DNA of 64,000 nt from Rudaea sp. GTDB taxonomy: Bacteria; Pseudomonadota; Gammaproteobacteria; Xanthomonadales; Rhodanobacteraceae. Made by a program: the position numbers and the translations under genes. The notes beneath the pieces were generated by a model. It saw only the letters and a list, made by a program, of their open reading frames with translations, had not been told where the DNA came from and searched no databases. The stretch covers positions 793-64,792 of the forward strand of contig DATNFS010000135.1 in assembly GCA_035606275.1 (NCBI GenBank). Reading direction: 5' to 3'. Below, piece after piece: positions 33,716 through 43,539 of the stretch (within the stretch, counting starts at the first letter, position 1; every line of letters starts with the position of its first letter).

Positions 33716-34402
33716 ATGCTCGTGCAGATTCCCCAGTTGCTGAGCGCCGACGAGGTCAGGCAGATGCGCGCGGCACTCGACGCGCCGGACGCGCCCTGGG
33801 TCGACGGCCGCGCGACGGCCGGGTATCAGGGCGCGCGCGTCAAGCAGAACCGCCAGATCGACGAGAACTCGGCGCTGGCCGTGGAACTCGGCGCGCGCGT
33901 GCTTGCGAGCCTGGAGCGACACCCGTTGTTCATCAGCGCCGTGCTGCCGCAACGCGTGTATCCGCCGTTGTTCAATCGTTACGAGAACGGCATGCAGTTC
34001 GGCAGTCACGTCGATGGCGCCGTTCGCCTTCTGCCCGGCAGCGCGGACAAGATCCGCACCGATGTATCGGCCACGCTGTTCCTCGCGTCACCCGATTCCT
34101 ACGACGGCGGCGAATTGCTGGTCCAGGACAGCTACGGCACGCACGCGGTCAAGCTGGCCGCCGGCGACCTGATCGTCTATCCCGCCGACAGTCTGCATCG
34201 CGTCGCACCGGTCACGCGCGGCGTGCGCGTGGCCAGCTTCTTCTGGATACAGAGCATGGTGCGTGCCGACGCACGGCGCGCGATCCTGTTCGATCTCGAC
34301 CGTTCGATCCAGCGACTCAACGCACGCGTGGCGGATGATCCGGCGATGGTGGGCCTGGTCGGCGTCTACCACAACCTGCTGCGCGAATGGGCCGAGCCAT
34401 GA
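33716..34402 (+). CDS. piuC: PKHD-type Fe(II)/2OG hydroxylase
   Basis: [35 protein letters not shown]. Confidence 0.9.
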   Translation: MLVQIPQLLSADEVRQMRAALDAPDAPWVDGRATAGYQGARVKQNRQIDENSALAVELGARVLASLERHPLFISAVLPQRVYPPLFNRYENGMQFGSHVDGAVRLLPGSADKIRTDVSATLFLASPDSYDGGELLVQDSYGTHAVKLAAGDLIVYPADSLHRVAPVTRGVRVASFFWIQSMVRADARRAILFDLDRSIQRLNARVADDPAMVGLVGVYHNLLREWAEP

Positions 34403-34423
34403 CCCGGCCGGTTCGTCGGCGCT

Positions 34424-34999
34424 CTAGCGGCCGATCAGCTTGACCAGCACGACTTCACCGCCGCCGCTCAACACGCGGTTGCGCACACCGTCGCCGGGTT
34501 CGAGCAGCAGCGAGTCGCCGGCCTCCAGATCGGCATCCGGCACGTCCTTCAATGCGGCGCGGCCGCCGGCGAGATAGACGAACCACGACGTCGCCGCTTC
34601 CGGCAGGAACACCATCGGCCCGACCAGCGGCCGGTGCAGCACCTCGGCCCTGAAGGCATCGCGGCGGACGATGACGTTGAAGTCGCGCGCCGGGCCGCCG
34701 ATCAGGCGCCCGTGCGCGTGCCATTCGCCGGCGAACGGGAAAAAGCGCAGGCGCTGGTCGAGCCGGATCGATTCGGCTTCGTCGAACCGGATTTCCATGC
34801 CGGCGCCGGCGAGCAGCGCGATCTGCCGGTCGCAGCCGGGAAATGTGGAAAATGCGCCATCGCTCTCGATCTCGGCGATGCTAATGCGCCAGTCGAATGC
34901 GCTTTCGTCGCCGCCGCGCGCCAGCTCGCTGGTCCAGCCGCCGCCGTTCTTCCAGCGCATGCGCCGGTATTCGCCTATCCGGATCAGGCGCGCACTCAT
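34424..34999 (-). CDS. HutD/Ves family protein
   Basis: WKNGGGWT, FDWRISIA, FSTFPGCDR, DFNV. Confidence 0.85.
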   Translation of the reverse strand: MSARLIRIGEYRRMRWKNGGGWTSELARGGDESAFDWRISIAEIESDGAFSTFPGCDRQIALLAGAGMEIRFDEAESIRLDQRLRFFPFAGEWHAHGRLIGGPARDFNVIVRRDAFRAEVLHRPLVGPMVFLPEAATSWFVYLAGGRAALKDVPDADLEAGDSLLLEPGDGVRNRVLSGGGEVVLVKLIGR

Positions 35000-35000
35000 G

Positions 35001-35474
35001 CTAGGTGCCGTCCGCCGGGAACAGCGCTTGCAGCTGCGCGGTGGAACGCATCATGCTCTCGCGCCAGTCGTAGCCGACGATCGGCGCGCCGCTGACCGCA
35101 TCGCGAAAGTCTTCTTCCTGGCCCGGCGCGAGCAGGTGGCGATAGTCGACCGTGACCTCGGTGCCGGCCGGCAGATTGTCGAGGGCGAACACGAAACCCA
35201 GGTGCCACAGGCCGCACGGCGCGAACGAATGGTTGATGTAGCACTCGTCCGGCCACTCCGGCGTCACCGTGTAACGGTCTTCGAACCAGCGCACCGTCGC
35301 GGCCAGCGCTGCAGCGGCATCGGGCAGCGCATGGACCTCGCTCCACTTGTATACTTTGCGGATATCGTCCGGCGCCGTGATCAGCCCGCCGCGGGCAACT
35401 TCTTCCGCCAGAAACAGCCCCTTGCCGGCGCCGGGAATCAGCGAAGCGGCAATACGGTAGCGCGGCAGGATCAT
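35001..35474 (-). CDS. SET-domain protein
   Basis: GKGLF, YINHS, GTEVTVDY; no post-SET cysteines. Confidence 0.8.
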   Translation of the reverse strand: MILPRYRIAASLIPGAGKGLFLAEEVARGGLITAPDDIRKVYKWSEVHALPDAAAALAATVRWFEDRYTVTPEWPDECYINHSFAPCGLWHLGFVFALDNLPAGTEVTVDYRHLLAPGQEEDFRDAVSGAPIVGYDWRESMMRSTAQLQALFPADGT

Positions 35475-35701
35475 GGATGGCTCGATCATCGGCAGGGCGC
35501 GCAGTTTAACGCAGGCGCGGCGCGAGGTCGCGAGCACGACCTCGCGGGAGCAATCAGGCCGATGCTGCAGCCGCGCCCGATCGAACGATGACCGCGGCTT
35601 GACCATGCACGGCGCATGAATCGCGCGGCCCGGCCTGCTGTAACCCCGATGCGGCAACCCTGTACACTTCGCGAGTCCGAAACGCAGCCGAGGCACGATA
35701 G

Positions 35702-37192
35702 ATGGATTCGAGTCAGACCCGCGATGTGATTTCCGGCCTGTGGGATGGCCAGATCGTTCCGCAGCTCGTCGACTACATCAGGATTCCGAACAAGTCGCCG
35801 ATGTTCGATGCCAAATGGGTCGAGCACGGCTACATGGACCAGGCTGTCAATCAGCTGTCGGAATGGGCCAGGTCGCATTCGATTCCGGGCATGGTCGTCG
35901 ACGTCGTGCGCCTCGAGGGACGCACGCCGCTGATCTTCATCGACATCCCGGCGACCGGCAAGGATGCGGGTGACGACTGTGTGCTGCTGTATGGCCATCT
36001 GGACAAGCAACCGGAGATGACTGGCTGGTCCGCGCACCTGGGGCCGTGGAAGCCGGTCATCGAAGGCGACCGGCTGTACGGTCGCGGCGCGGCGGACGAC
36101 GGCTACGCACTGTTCGGCTCGCTGGCCGCGATCCTGGCGCTGCAGGACCAGGGCACGCCGCGTGCGCGCTGCGTGGTCATGATCGAGGCGTGCGAGGAAT
36201 CCGGCAGTTACGATCTGCCGTACTACGTCGATCATCTGGCCGTGCGCATCGGCAAGCCGTCGCTGGTCGTCTGCCTGGATTCGGGTTGCGGCAACTACGA
36301 CCAGCTGTGGTTGACGACGTCGCTGCGCGGTTTGACCGGCGGCAATCTGAGCGTGCAGGTGCTCGAGGAGGGCGTGCACTCTGGCGATGCGTCGGGCATC
36401 GTTGCGTCGAGCTTCCGCATCCTGCGCCAGATCCTTTCGCGGCTCGAAGACGAAGCCAGCGGCAAGATAAGGCCGCAGGGACTGTATGTCGACATTCCGG
36501 CCCAGCGGGTCGAGCAGGCGCGACGCACGGCGCAGGTTCTCGGCGATTCGGTCTATTCGAAGTTTCCGTTCGTTGCCGGCATGCGGCCCGTCGACAAGGA
36601 CCTGACCGAGCTCGTGCTCAACCGCACCTGGCGGCCGGCGCTGGCTGTCACGGGACTCGACGGCATGCCGCCACTGGATTCGGCCGGCAACGTGCTGCGG
36701 CCTTTCACCGCGGTAAAACTGTCGCTGCGCCTGCCGCCGACACTGGAAGGCAACGCCGCCGGCGAACTGGTCAAGCGCCTGCTCGAAGCCGATCCGCCGT
36801 ATGGCGCACGGGTCAGCTTCGACCTGGAGAAGGCGACCTCGGGCTGGAACGCGCCGGTGCTGGCGCCGTGGCTCGAGGCTTCCGTCGACGCGGCGTCGCG
36901 CGGGTTCTTCGGTGCGCCGCCGGCCTACAACGGCGAAGGCGGCAGCATTCCGTTCATGGGCATGCTCGGCGAAAAATTTCCCGGCGCGCAGTTCCTGATC
37001 ACCGGCGTGCTCGGCCCGCACTCGAACGCGCACGGTCCGAACGAGTTCCTGCACATCCCGACCGGCAAGCGCGTCAGCATGTGCGTGGCGCGCGTGATCG
37101 CCGACCACTACAAGGCCAGCGAGCAGGGCCTGACCAGCGGCGTGGCGGCATCCGCGGCGCACACGCACACGGGTGAGGGTGGCTGCTGCTGA
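35702..37192 (+). CDS. M20 family metallopeptidase
   Basis: YGHLDKQP, LYGRGAADD, EESGS, AHGPNE. Confidence 0.9.
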   Translation: MDSSQTRDVISGLWDGQIVPQLVDYIRIPNKSPMFDAKWVEHGYMDQAVNQLSEWARSHSIPGMVVDVVRLEGRTPLIFIDIPATGKDAGDDCVLLYGHLDKQPEMTGWSAHLGPWKPVIEGDRLYGRGAADDGYALFGSLAAILALQDQGTPRARCVVMIEACEESGSYDLPYYVDHLAVRIGKPSLVVCLDSGCGNYDQLWLTTSLRGLTGGNLSVQVLEEGVHSGDASGIVASSFRILRQILSRLEDEASGKIRPQGLYVDIPAQRVEQARRTAQVLGDSVYSKFPFVAGMRPVDKDLTELVLNRTWRPALAVTGLDGMPPLDSAGNVLRPFTAVKLSLRLPPTLEGNAAGELVKRLLEADPPYGARVSFDLEKATSGWNAPVLAPWLEASVDAASRGFFGAPPAYNGEGGSIPFMGMLGEKFPGAQFLITGVLGPHSNAHGPNEFLHIPTGKRVSMCVARVIADHYKASEQGLTSGVAASAAHTHTGEGGCC

Positions 37193-37210
37193 CTCTCGCG
37201 AGCCGCGCTT

Positions 37211-37248
37211 GGCCCTTCCCTTCAAGGGGAGGGTCGGGTGGGGATGGT
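37211..37248. repeat. REP-like palindromic element
   Basis: CCCTTCCCTTCAAGGGGAGGG hairpin followed by TCGGGTGGGGATGG. Confidence 0.55.
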
Positions 37249-37293
37249 GTGGGCGAGATCCAGGGTCCGACTCCCCACGATACTGAAGAAACC

Positions 37294-37746
37294 ATGACAG
37301 GCGCATCGCAACAATTCTCGATCCGTCCGGCACGCAGCGAAGATGCCGCCGCGCTGGCGCAGTTGTCGACGCAACTCGGCTATCCGGTCGACGCGCCGGC
37401 AATCGGCGCACGCCATGCACAGGTCCGCGCCGCCGACGCCGGCGAGGTATTCGTCGCCTCCGATGCAGAAGGCAATGTGATCGGCTGGACGCATGTCGTG
37501 CCGCGCCTGCACCTGGAGGAGATCCCGTTCGCCGAACTTGCCGGCCTGGTCGTCCTCGACCATGCGCGCGGTTGCGGCGTCGGCGCGAAACTGCTGCATG
37601 CCGCCGAGGCATGGGCGAAACAGCACGGGTTCATCCGCTTTCGCGTGCGCAGCAACGTCGTGCGCGAACGCGCACATCGCTTCTATCTGCGCGAAGGCTA
37701 CGCCGAACGCAAGCGCCAGGTCGTGTTCGAAAAAGACCTCGCCTGA
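37294..37746 (+). CDS. GNAT N-acetyltransferase
   Basis: IRPA, RGCGVGAKLL, AHRFYLREGY. Confidence 0.85.
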   Translation: MTGASQQFSIRPARSEDAAALAQLSTQLGYPVDAPAIGARHAQVRAADAGEVFVASDAEGNVIGWTHVVPRLHLEEIPFAELAGLVVLDHARGCGVGAKLLHAAEAWAKQHGFIRFRVRSNVVRERAHRFYLREGYAERKRQVVFEKDLA

Positions 37747-37753
37747 GCCGCGC

Positions 37754-38647
37754 TCAGGACTTGGGCGCCACCGGCGGCACGGTTTGCAGATAGGCCCACA
37801 GCGCGTCGAGTTCGGTGTCGCTGAGTTTGGAAAACGCCTTCCACGGCATGAACGGGTTGATATCGCTGCCGTCCGGCCGCTTGCCGGTGCGCAACGCGGT
37901 GAAGAAATCCGGCTTGGTCCATTTGCCGATGGCGCCGGCCGGCGTGATGTTGCGCGCATCGGGGAAACTCGGCGGCGTGCCGGGGACATGGCCGCCGGCG
38001 AAATGATCGCCATGGCAGCCGGTGCAGCCTTGCGCGAGATAGCGGCCGTATTCGGGCGTCGCGCTGGCAGCCATGCTGGCCACGTGCGTCGCGTGCTGGT
38101 CGACCTTGAGTGCGTAGACCAGGGGCGCCTTGTCGAGCAGGAACAAGGTCCGCATCAGCGGACCGGCCGACGGCGGCGGTATGTCGCGGTCGACTGCAGG
38201 CACCGACGTGACATAGGCGATGAGGTCGGCGACGTCGGCGTCGGCGAGCCCGGCAAAGTCCGTCGCCGGCATGTACAGCAGCAGCCGGCCGCCCTCGCCG
38301 AGCCCGTGGCGGACAGCGTGTTCGATGCTGGTCGCATCGAGGCGCGCACCGACGCCGCCCTTCCCGCGCGTCAGGTTCGGCGCCGCGAGGCGGCCGATCG
38401 GCAGCGCATCGACCAGCACCCTGCCGCCCAGATCCTTGTCGTGACAGTCCGTGCAGCCGCGCGTGATCGCGACGTGTTCACCGCGCGCAAGGGCGTCGGC
38501 ATCGGTCGGCACGGCCAGCGCCGGTTCCTTGACGTCGATGTGTTGCGCCATCAACGAACTGCTGCGCCAATAGATCAGCGCCAAGGCAGTCGCCAGCACG
38601 ATCAACAGCACGAGCAGCAGCCTGCCCAGCATGCGGATGAATTTCAT
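37754..38647 (-). CDS. Membrane-anchored diheme cytochrome c
   Basis: N-terminal TM, CTDCH and CTGCH, APNLT, MPW. Confidence 0.88.
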   Translation of the reverse strand: MKFIRMLGRLLLVLLIVLATALALIYWRSSSLMAQHIDVKEPALAVPTDADALARGEHVAITRGCTDCHDKDLGGRVLVDALPIGRLAAPNLTRGKGGVGARLDATSIEHAVRHGLGEGGRLLLYMPATDFAGLADADVADLIAYVTSVPAVDRDIPPPSAGPLMRTLFLLDKAPLVYALKVDQHATHVASMAASATPEYGRYLAQGCTGCHGDHFAGGHVPGTPPSFPDARNITPAGAIGKWTKPDFFTALRTGKRPDGSDINPFMPWKAFSKLSDTELDALWAYLQTVPPVAPKS

Positions 38648-38692
38648 GTCACGCTCCCCCGTACAACAGCAACAAGTGGTATGGCAAGCGGT

Positions 38693-39367
38693 CTAGCGAA
38701 CCGCCGGTATCCTGAGTTTGCCGTAGCGGCATGAATTGCGCACGCGTCCACCGCAGGCCTGCGGACTGCCCGCATCCTTGGCCAGGCAGACCCGCACTTC
38801 GGCAAGTTCATTGCCGTCATGACACACGACGCTGATCATCGAATCGCGCAGTCCCGGATTTGCCCGTGTGAAGGCCTGCACGACTTCAGCGGCACTCAGG
38901 GCCGGCGGTGACCGCGGTGTCTTCAATTCCCCGGGTATCGTCACGCTCGCAAAAGCGCGGTCGGCCAGCGCGAAATAGGCGCCGGGGTCCAGGCCCGTGC
39001 ACGATCCGTGGGTCTGCCACTCGTGCTCGATCAGCGAGCGGCTCGGCATGAAAGCCAGCGTGCGCTCGATCGTCGCGCTGTCCGGCGCTTCGTGTGTGCC
39101 GCAATGCTGCGGCCAGCTGCCGTTGCGGTTCTGCGGCCACAGGCCGTGCAGCACGAAGCCGAAGCCATGGCTGCCGCACTGCTGCGCCTCGCCTGGATGG
39201 GTCAGGCAATAGCTGGGCGACCATGACAGCGACATCAGGTAGTAGTCGAAGCGCCCGGCGCCGCCGCCGTCGTGATTGCGGGCGTGCAGCAGGTCCGCGC
39301 CGCCGGCCAGCAAAGCCAGGCCAAGCATCAGGGCGATCATCGGGTGGACCCGGGTCGGGTGCAGCAT
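38693..39367 (-). CDS. Secreted ribonuclease T2 family protein
   Basis: LSWSPSYC, FVLHGLWP (CAS I), HEWQTHGSC (CAS II), signal peptide. Confidence 0.9.
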   Translation of the reverse strand: MLHPTRVHPMIALMLGLALLAGGADLLHARNHDGGGAGRFDYYLMSLSWSPSYCLTHPGEAQQCGSHGFGFVLHGLWPQNRNGSWPQHCGTHEAPDSATIERTLAFMPSRSLIEHEWQTHGSCTGLDPGAYFALADRAFASVTIPGELKTPRSPPALSAAEVVQAFTRANPGLRDSMISVVCHDGNELAEVRVCLAKDAGSPQACGGRVRNSCRYGKLRIPAVR

Positions 39368-39506
39368 GTCGCCGTGGCTCGTCGGATCGGAGTGGGCGAT
39401 GATACGCAACGTGCGTCGCGTACGGCAATCGACCGCCGCAGTTCGGCCTGGTCGCCGATCGGGTATCATCGCGGCCCCGCCTGACTGCCCTCAAGAGCTT
39501 TTCTGC

Positions 39507-40019
39507 ATGACCCGACGCATCGTCCGGCGCCAGTCGCCGATTCACGGCAACGGCGTGTTCGCCGTTCGCGACATTCCCAAAGGCACCCGCGTCACCGAGT
39601 ATCGCGGCCGCCGCCTGACGCATGCCGAAGCCGATCGCCGTTTCGGCAACGACACCGACACCGGGCATACCTTCCTGTTCACGTTGAACGAAAAGTATCT
39701 GATCGATGGCGCGGACGGCGGCAATGTCGCGCGCTGGATCAACCACAGTTGCGCGCCGAACTGCCAGGCCTGGATCGTCGAGCACGCCAGCGGCGATCCG
39801 CGCAAGGATCGCGTCGTGATCGAAGCGCGGCGCAACATTCGCGCCGGCGACGAACTGACCTACGACTACGGCATCGTGCTCGAAGAGCGGCAGACGGCGG
39901 AGCTCAAGCGCATCTGGGCCTGCCGCTGCGGCGCGCCGCGCTGCACCGGAACGCTGCTCAAGCCCAAGCCCAAGTCCAGGCCGAAGCCCAAACGCAAGGC
40001 GAAGCCCGGGCGCGATTGA
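39507..40019 (+). CDS. SET-domain lysine methyltransferase with post-SET and Lys-rich tail
   Basis: IHGNGVFA, RWINHSCAPNC, ELTYDY, CRCGAPRC. Confidence 0.9.
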   Translation: MTRRIVRRQSPIHGNGVFAVRDIPKGTRVTEYRGRRLTHAEADRRFGNDTDTGHTFLFTLNEKYLIDGADGGNVARWINHSCAPNCQAWIVEHASGDPRKDRVVIEARRNIRAGDELTYDYGIVLEERQTAELKRIWACRCGAPRCTGTLLKPKPKSRPKPKRKAKPGRD

Positions 40020-40096
40020 CGGGTGCGGCCGGACGCAGTCGCCGCCGCGGTCGCATGATCAAGCATCGGGATGCGGACGCAAAAGGTGCGGTGCGC

Positions 40097-40249
40097 TCAG
40101 ACCAGATGGTTGCCGAACAGGCCGAGCAGGCCGATCAGGATCAGGTACAGCGCAATGACGTAGTTGAGGATGCGCGGCACGAACAGGATCACGATGCCGG
40201 CAATCAGCGCGATCAGCGGTGCCGCGGATTGGTGAATGGATATAACCAT
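40097..40249 (-). CDS. Small membrane protein, DUF3096-like (50 aa)
   Basis: Hand translation MVISIHQSAAPLIALIAGIVILFVPRILNYVIALYLILIGLLGLFGNHLV; GGAG RBS; below ORF-track cutoff. Confidence 0.8.
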   Translation of the reverse strand: MVISIHQSAAPLIALIAGIVILFVPRILNYVIALYLILIGLLGLFGNHLV

Positions 40250-40470
40250 GGCGATCTCCAGGTCCGGGACGCGCGACGCGCGCCAGCTGCGAGGCTAGCA
40301 CAGCCGTTCCTGTCGCCTCGCTGAACGTCCTTCGCGTTCCCGCGACCGCACGCGCAGGCGCGGTCACCGCCGGCATCGCGCGCCGATCGGCCATGTATAT
40401 TTATAAAGTTGTTGCATTCCCGGTCATCGCGCCGGGCCGCCATGCAAGTGCACCGTCGACGCACGCTCCG

Positions 40471-41196
40471 CTAGGGCTGCTTGCCCGGCTCGCTGCCGCC
40501 ACCACGGAAGAACGCACCCAGCGACAGCAGCAGTATGATCGCGGCAATGCCGACGCCGGCATAGAAGATGAACCCGCTGGAACCGGCGTCGGCCGGTTCT
40601 TCGGGTGTGGTTTCCGAAGCAGGATGCACGGCGGCCTCGGGCCGCTGCGGCGCGGTTGCGACCGAAGTGCGCAGGCTGGCCGGCGAAGATGACGGTGGCG
40701 ATGGCGCCGCCGCGGGCGATGTCGCGCCCGCTCGCGGCGCCAGCGGCATCTTCTGTGCGCGCGCCTGTGGCGAAGCGGATGTGTCGTCGCCGGCGCGCGC
40801 GGTCGCGACTGCTGCCGCCGGATCCGTTGCCGCCTTGTTGACCGGGCGGATCACGGATACCGGAAGGGTGGCCGGATCCGGTGGCGGTGGCGGTGTCACG
40901 ATCACTGCGGGCGCGGCCCCGCCGATCGGAGTGCCATTGGTGCCGGCAACGCCCGTCGCCGATGTCGTGCCCGCTTGTACCGTGGTGGCGACGCCGGGTG
41001 TGACCGTGGCGGCCGAGGTTCCTGTCGTGCCCTGCGTGCCTTGCGGCGCCACCTGGGCCAGCGTCGGCTCGGCCGGCTGGTTGTTGGTCGGTGTCGGGTC
41101 GACTCCGGCTGATGTCAGGCCGGCGCCCGCCCACGCCGGCGTTGTCGCCAGGCAGGCGATCGTCAATATCAGAATCTGCGGTCTCATCAGGTTCAT
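40471..41196 (-). CDS. Exported Pro/Ala/Thr-rich protein with C-terminal TM anchor
   Basis: Signal peptide (..PAWA), low-complexity body, FIFYAGVGIAAIILLLSLGAFF near C-terminus. Confidence 0.65.
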   Translation of the reverse strand: MNLMRPQILILTIACLATTPAWAGAGLTSAGVDPTPTNNQPAEPTLAQVAPQGTQGTTGTSAATVTPGVATTVQAGTTSATGVAGTNGTPIGGAAPAVIVTPPPPPDPATLPVSVIRPVNKAATDPAAAVATARAGDDTSASPQARAQKMPLAPRAGATSPAAAPSPPSSSPASLRTSVATAPQRPEAAVHPASETTPEEPADAGSSGFIFYAGVGIAAIILLLSLGAFFRGGGSEPGKQP

Positions 41197-41318
41197 CCCG
41201 CGCAGTAGGCGTGCTCGTGCGTCATGTTAGCGCGGATGCCGCACCCGTGCTCCTGTCGGAGCCGCACACGCCACAGGATCGCCGCGTCGGCATTAACGTG
41301 CCGTTACAATCGCGTCGA

Positions 41319-42407
41319 ATGCTCGTGCGCCCGCCCTTGCAGAAACTGGCCCAAGCCGCTTCCGGCGTATTCGCCGCACTGTCGCTGACGGCGTGTTCGA
41401 CGCTCGGCTACTACGGCCACCTTGCGCACGGCGAATACGCGATGCTCGCGGCACGCCGGCCGATCGACCGTGTCATTGCCGATCCTTCCGTCGACGCGTC
41501 GCTCAAGGCACGTCTGCGCCTGGCTGCGCAGGCGCGCGCGTTTGCATCGGATCGTCTGCTTCTGCCACGCAACGCCAGCTATACGCAATACGCCGACCTG
41601 CACCGGCCTTACGCTACCTGGAACGTCTTTGCTGCCGGAGAATTTTCGGTCGATGCGTTCCAGCACTGCTTTCCGATCGTCGGCTGCCTGGGCTATCGCG
41701 GCTACTTCGATCTTGAACGCGCGCGCGACGAAGCCAGCCTGTTGCGGCGACGGGATCTGGAAACCTGGATCGGCGGCTCGGCGGCATATTCGACGCTGGG
41801 CTGGTTCGCCGATCCGATCCTCAACACGATGCTGCGCTGGGACGACGACGAACTGGCCGGCACGATTTTCCACGAACTGGCGCATCAGCGCCTCTATGTG
41901 CGGGGCGACACCGAATTCAACGAGTCCTTCGCCACGTTCGTGCAACGCGCGGGATTGCGCGAATGGCGCGCGTCGCGCGAACTGCCGGCCGGCCAGAGCG
42001 TGGACGAGAGCGAAGCGGACGAATTCGCGCGCCTGGTGCTCGACACGCGCGAGCGGTTGCGCACGCTCTATGCCTTGCCGCTGCCGCCAGCGACGATGCG
42101 CGAAAAGAAACGCGAGGCGTTCGATCGGCTGCGCGCCGACTATGCTAAGTTGCGCGAAGAACGCTGGCAGGGACGGGGTTTGTACGACGAGTGGATCCAG
42201 GGCGAAATCAACAACGCCAAACTGCTGCCGTTCGGCTTGTACCACCGCTGGGTGTCGGCCTTCGCCACCTTGTATTCACGCCAGGACAGCAACTGGAGCG
42301 CGTTCTACGACGCCGCCGGCAAGATCGCGCGCCTCGAGCCGGAAGCGCGCGCGAAAGTCTTGATGGAACTGCAGGCGAACGGTTCCGGGGACGAGTCGAC
42401 GCGCTGA
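41319..42407 (+). CDS. Putative zinc aminopeptidase lipoprotein
   Basis: Lipobox LTAC, CFPIVGC, AYSTLGWFADP, HELAH..FNESFA. Confidence 0.85.
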   Translation: MLVRPPLQKLAQAASGVFAALSLTACSTLGYYGHLAHGEYAMLAARRPIDRVIADPSVDASLKARLRLAAQARAFASDRLLLPRNASYTQYADLHRPYATWNVFAAGEFSVDAFQHCFPIVGCLGYRGYFDLERARDEASLLRRRDLETWIGGSAAYSTLGWFADPILNTMLRWDDDELAGTIFHELAHQRLYVRGDTEFNESFATFVQRAGLREWRASRELPAGQSVDESEADEFARLVLDTRERLRTLYALPLPPATMREKKREAFDRLRADYAKLREERWQGRGLYDEWIQGEINNAKLLPFGLYHRWVSAFATLYSRQDSNWSAFYDAAGKIARLEPEARAKVLMELQANGSGDESTR

Positions 42408-42488
42408 CGCGTTGCGGTCGCCGCGGAACGAGGGGCGCGGACTGCCCGCGGCGCTGCGCGTCGCCGGCGATGGCGTGCGGCGTTGGCG

Positions 42489-43262
42489 TCAGCCGCCCTT
42501 GCGGAACACGTAGACGAAGCGATCTGTCAGGCCGACAGCCGGCGGCTTGTACGAAATCTGATCGCGCTTGTCGTCGGGGCGGCGCAGGAAATCGCTCTTG
42601 CCGGCGAACGTGAAGCCATGCGACTCGAAGTCCTTGCGCATGAACTCCTCGTCGATGCGATGCAGCGACCCGGCGTCGTTGCTGCCGCTGCCGGCCTTGG
42701 CGGAGTGATCGACGATCAGCAGCGTGCCGCCGGGCTTCAGCGCGCGCTGCAGCTGATCGAGCACCGTCGGCACATCGATTTTCGGCCAGCCATCTTTTGG
42801 GTCGACCCAGTAGAGGTCGTGGTAGACCTTGATCATGAGTACGGCGTCGAGCGAGGCGTCCTTGAGTCCCATGTGCGCGGGGTCGACCGAAACGTGCTCG
42901 ACGTTGCCCAGATGCTGCTTCTCGATGCGCTCTTTCCAGGCGTTGTTGGCGAACTTGTCGTAGGGCGGGTTGTTGATCAGCAAGACATGCCCCCCGGGGC
43001 CGACGACATAACTGAGCAACTCGCTGTAGTAGCCGTCGGCGGCGAAGAAGTCGGCGACGCGCATGCCGGGCTTCACGCCGGACGCGCGCAGCACCTCGGC
43101 CGGATGGTCGGCCGGATCGCGCTTGAGATCGTCCGCGCTGCGCCCGGCGTGGGCGACGGCGGCGTCGTAGATATCCGCTGCAGGCGCAACGCCGGCAATC
43201 GACAGGCTGGCGATCGACAGGATCGTGGCGGCCAGCAGGCGGCCGCGGAAGGTCATGGGCAT
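42489..43262 (-). CDS. Exported class I SAM-methyltransferase-like protein
   Basis: Signal peptide, HPAEVL..GVKPGMRV, YHD, LKPGG..IVDH, LHRIDE, TDRFV. Confidence 0.8.
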   Translation of the reverse strand: MPMTFRGRLLAATILSIASLSIAGVAPAADIYDAAVAHAGRSADDLKRDPADHPAEVLRASGVKPGMRVADFFAADGYYSELLSYVVGPGGHVLLINNPPYDKFANNAWKERIEKQHLGNVEHVSVDPAHMGLKDASLDAVLMIKVYHDLYWVDPKDGWPKIDVPTVLDQLQRALKPGGTLLIVDHSAKAGSGSNDAGSLHRIDEEFMRKDFESHGFTFAGKSDFLRRPDDKRDQISYKPPAVGLTDRFVYVFRKGG

Positions 43263-43539
43263 GGCGTTCTCCCCGCTCTATGTTCTGGAATGTACCGGCG
43301 GCCTGCAACGGCGTGCGCGAATCTGCATCCGCTTCGCGTGGTGCAGGCTACCCGCGCGCGTGCGAACAATAACGCTTTCCCGTGCCGGAAAGGCGGCGGC
43401 GCGCCGAAGTGCGCAATTTCCTGCAACCCGAACGGCAGGCGCCAACAATCGCCGCTCCGGCGCCGGCATCGCCGCGCCGGCAAATCCGCTGCCGTCGCCG
43501 GCGGTGTAGACTTTGGCGAGGCCGGATGCGGAGGTGCCC

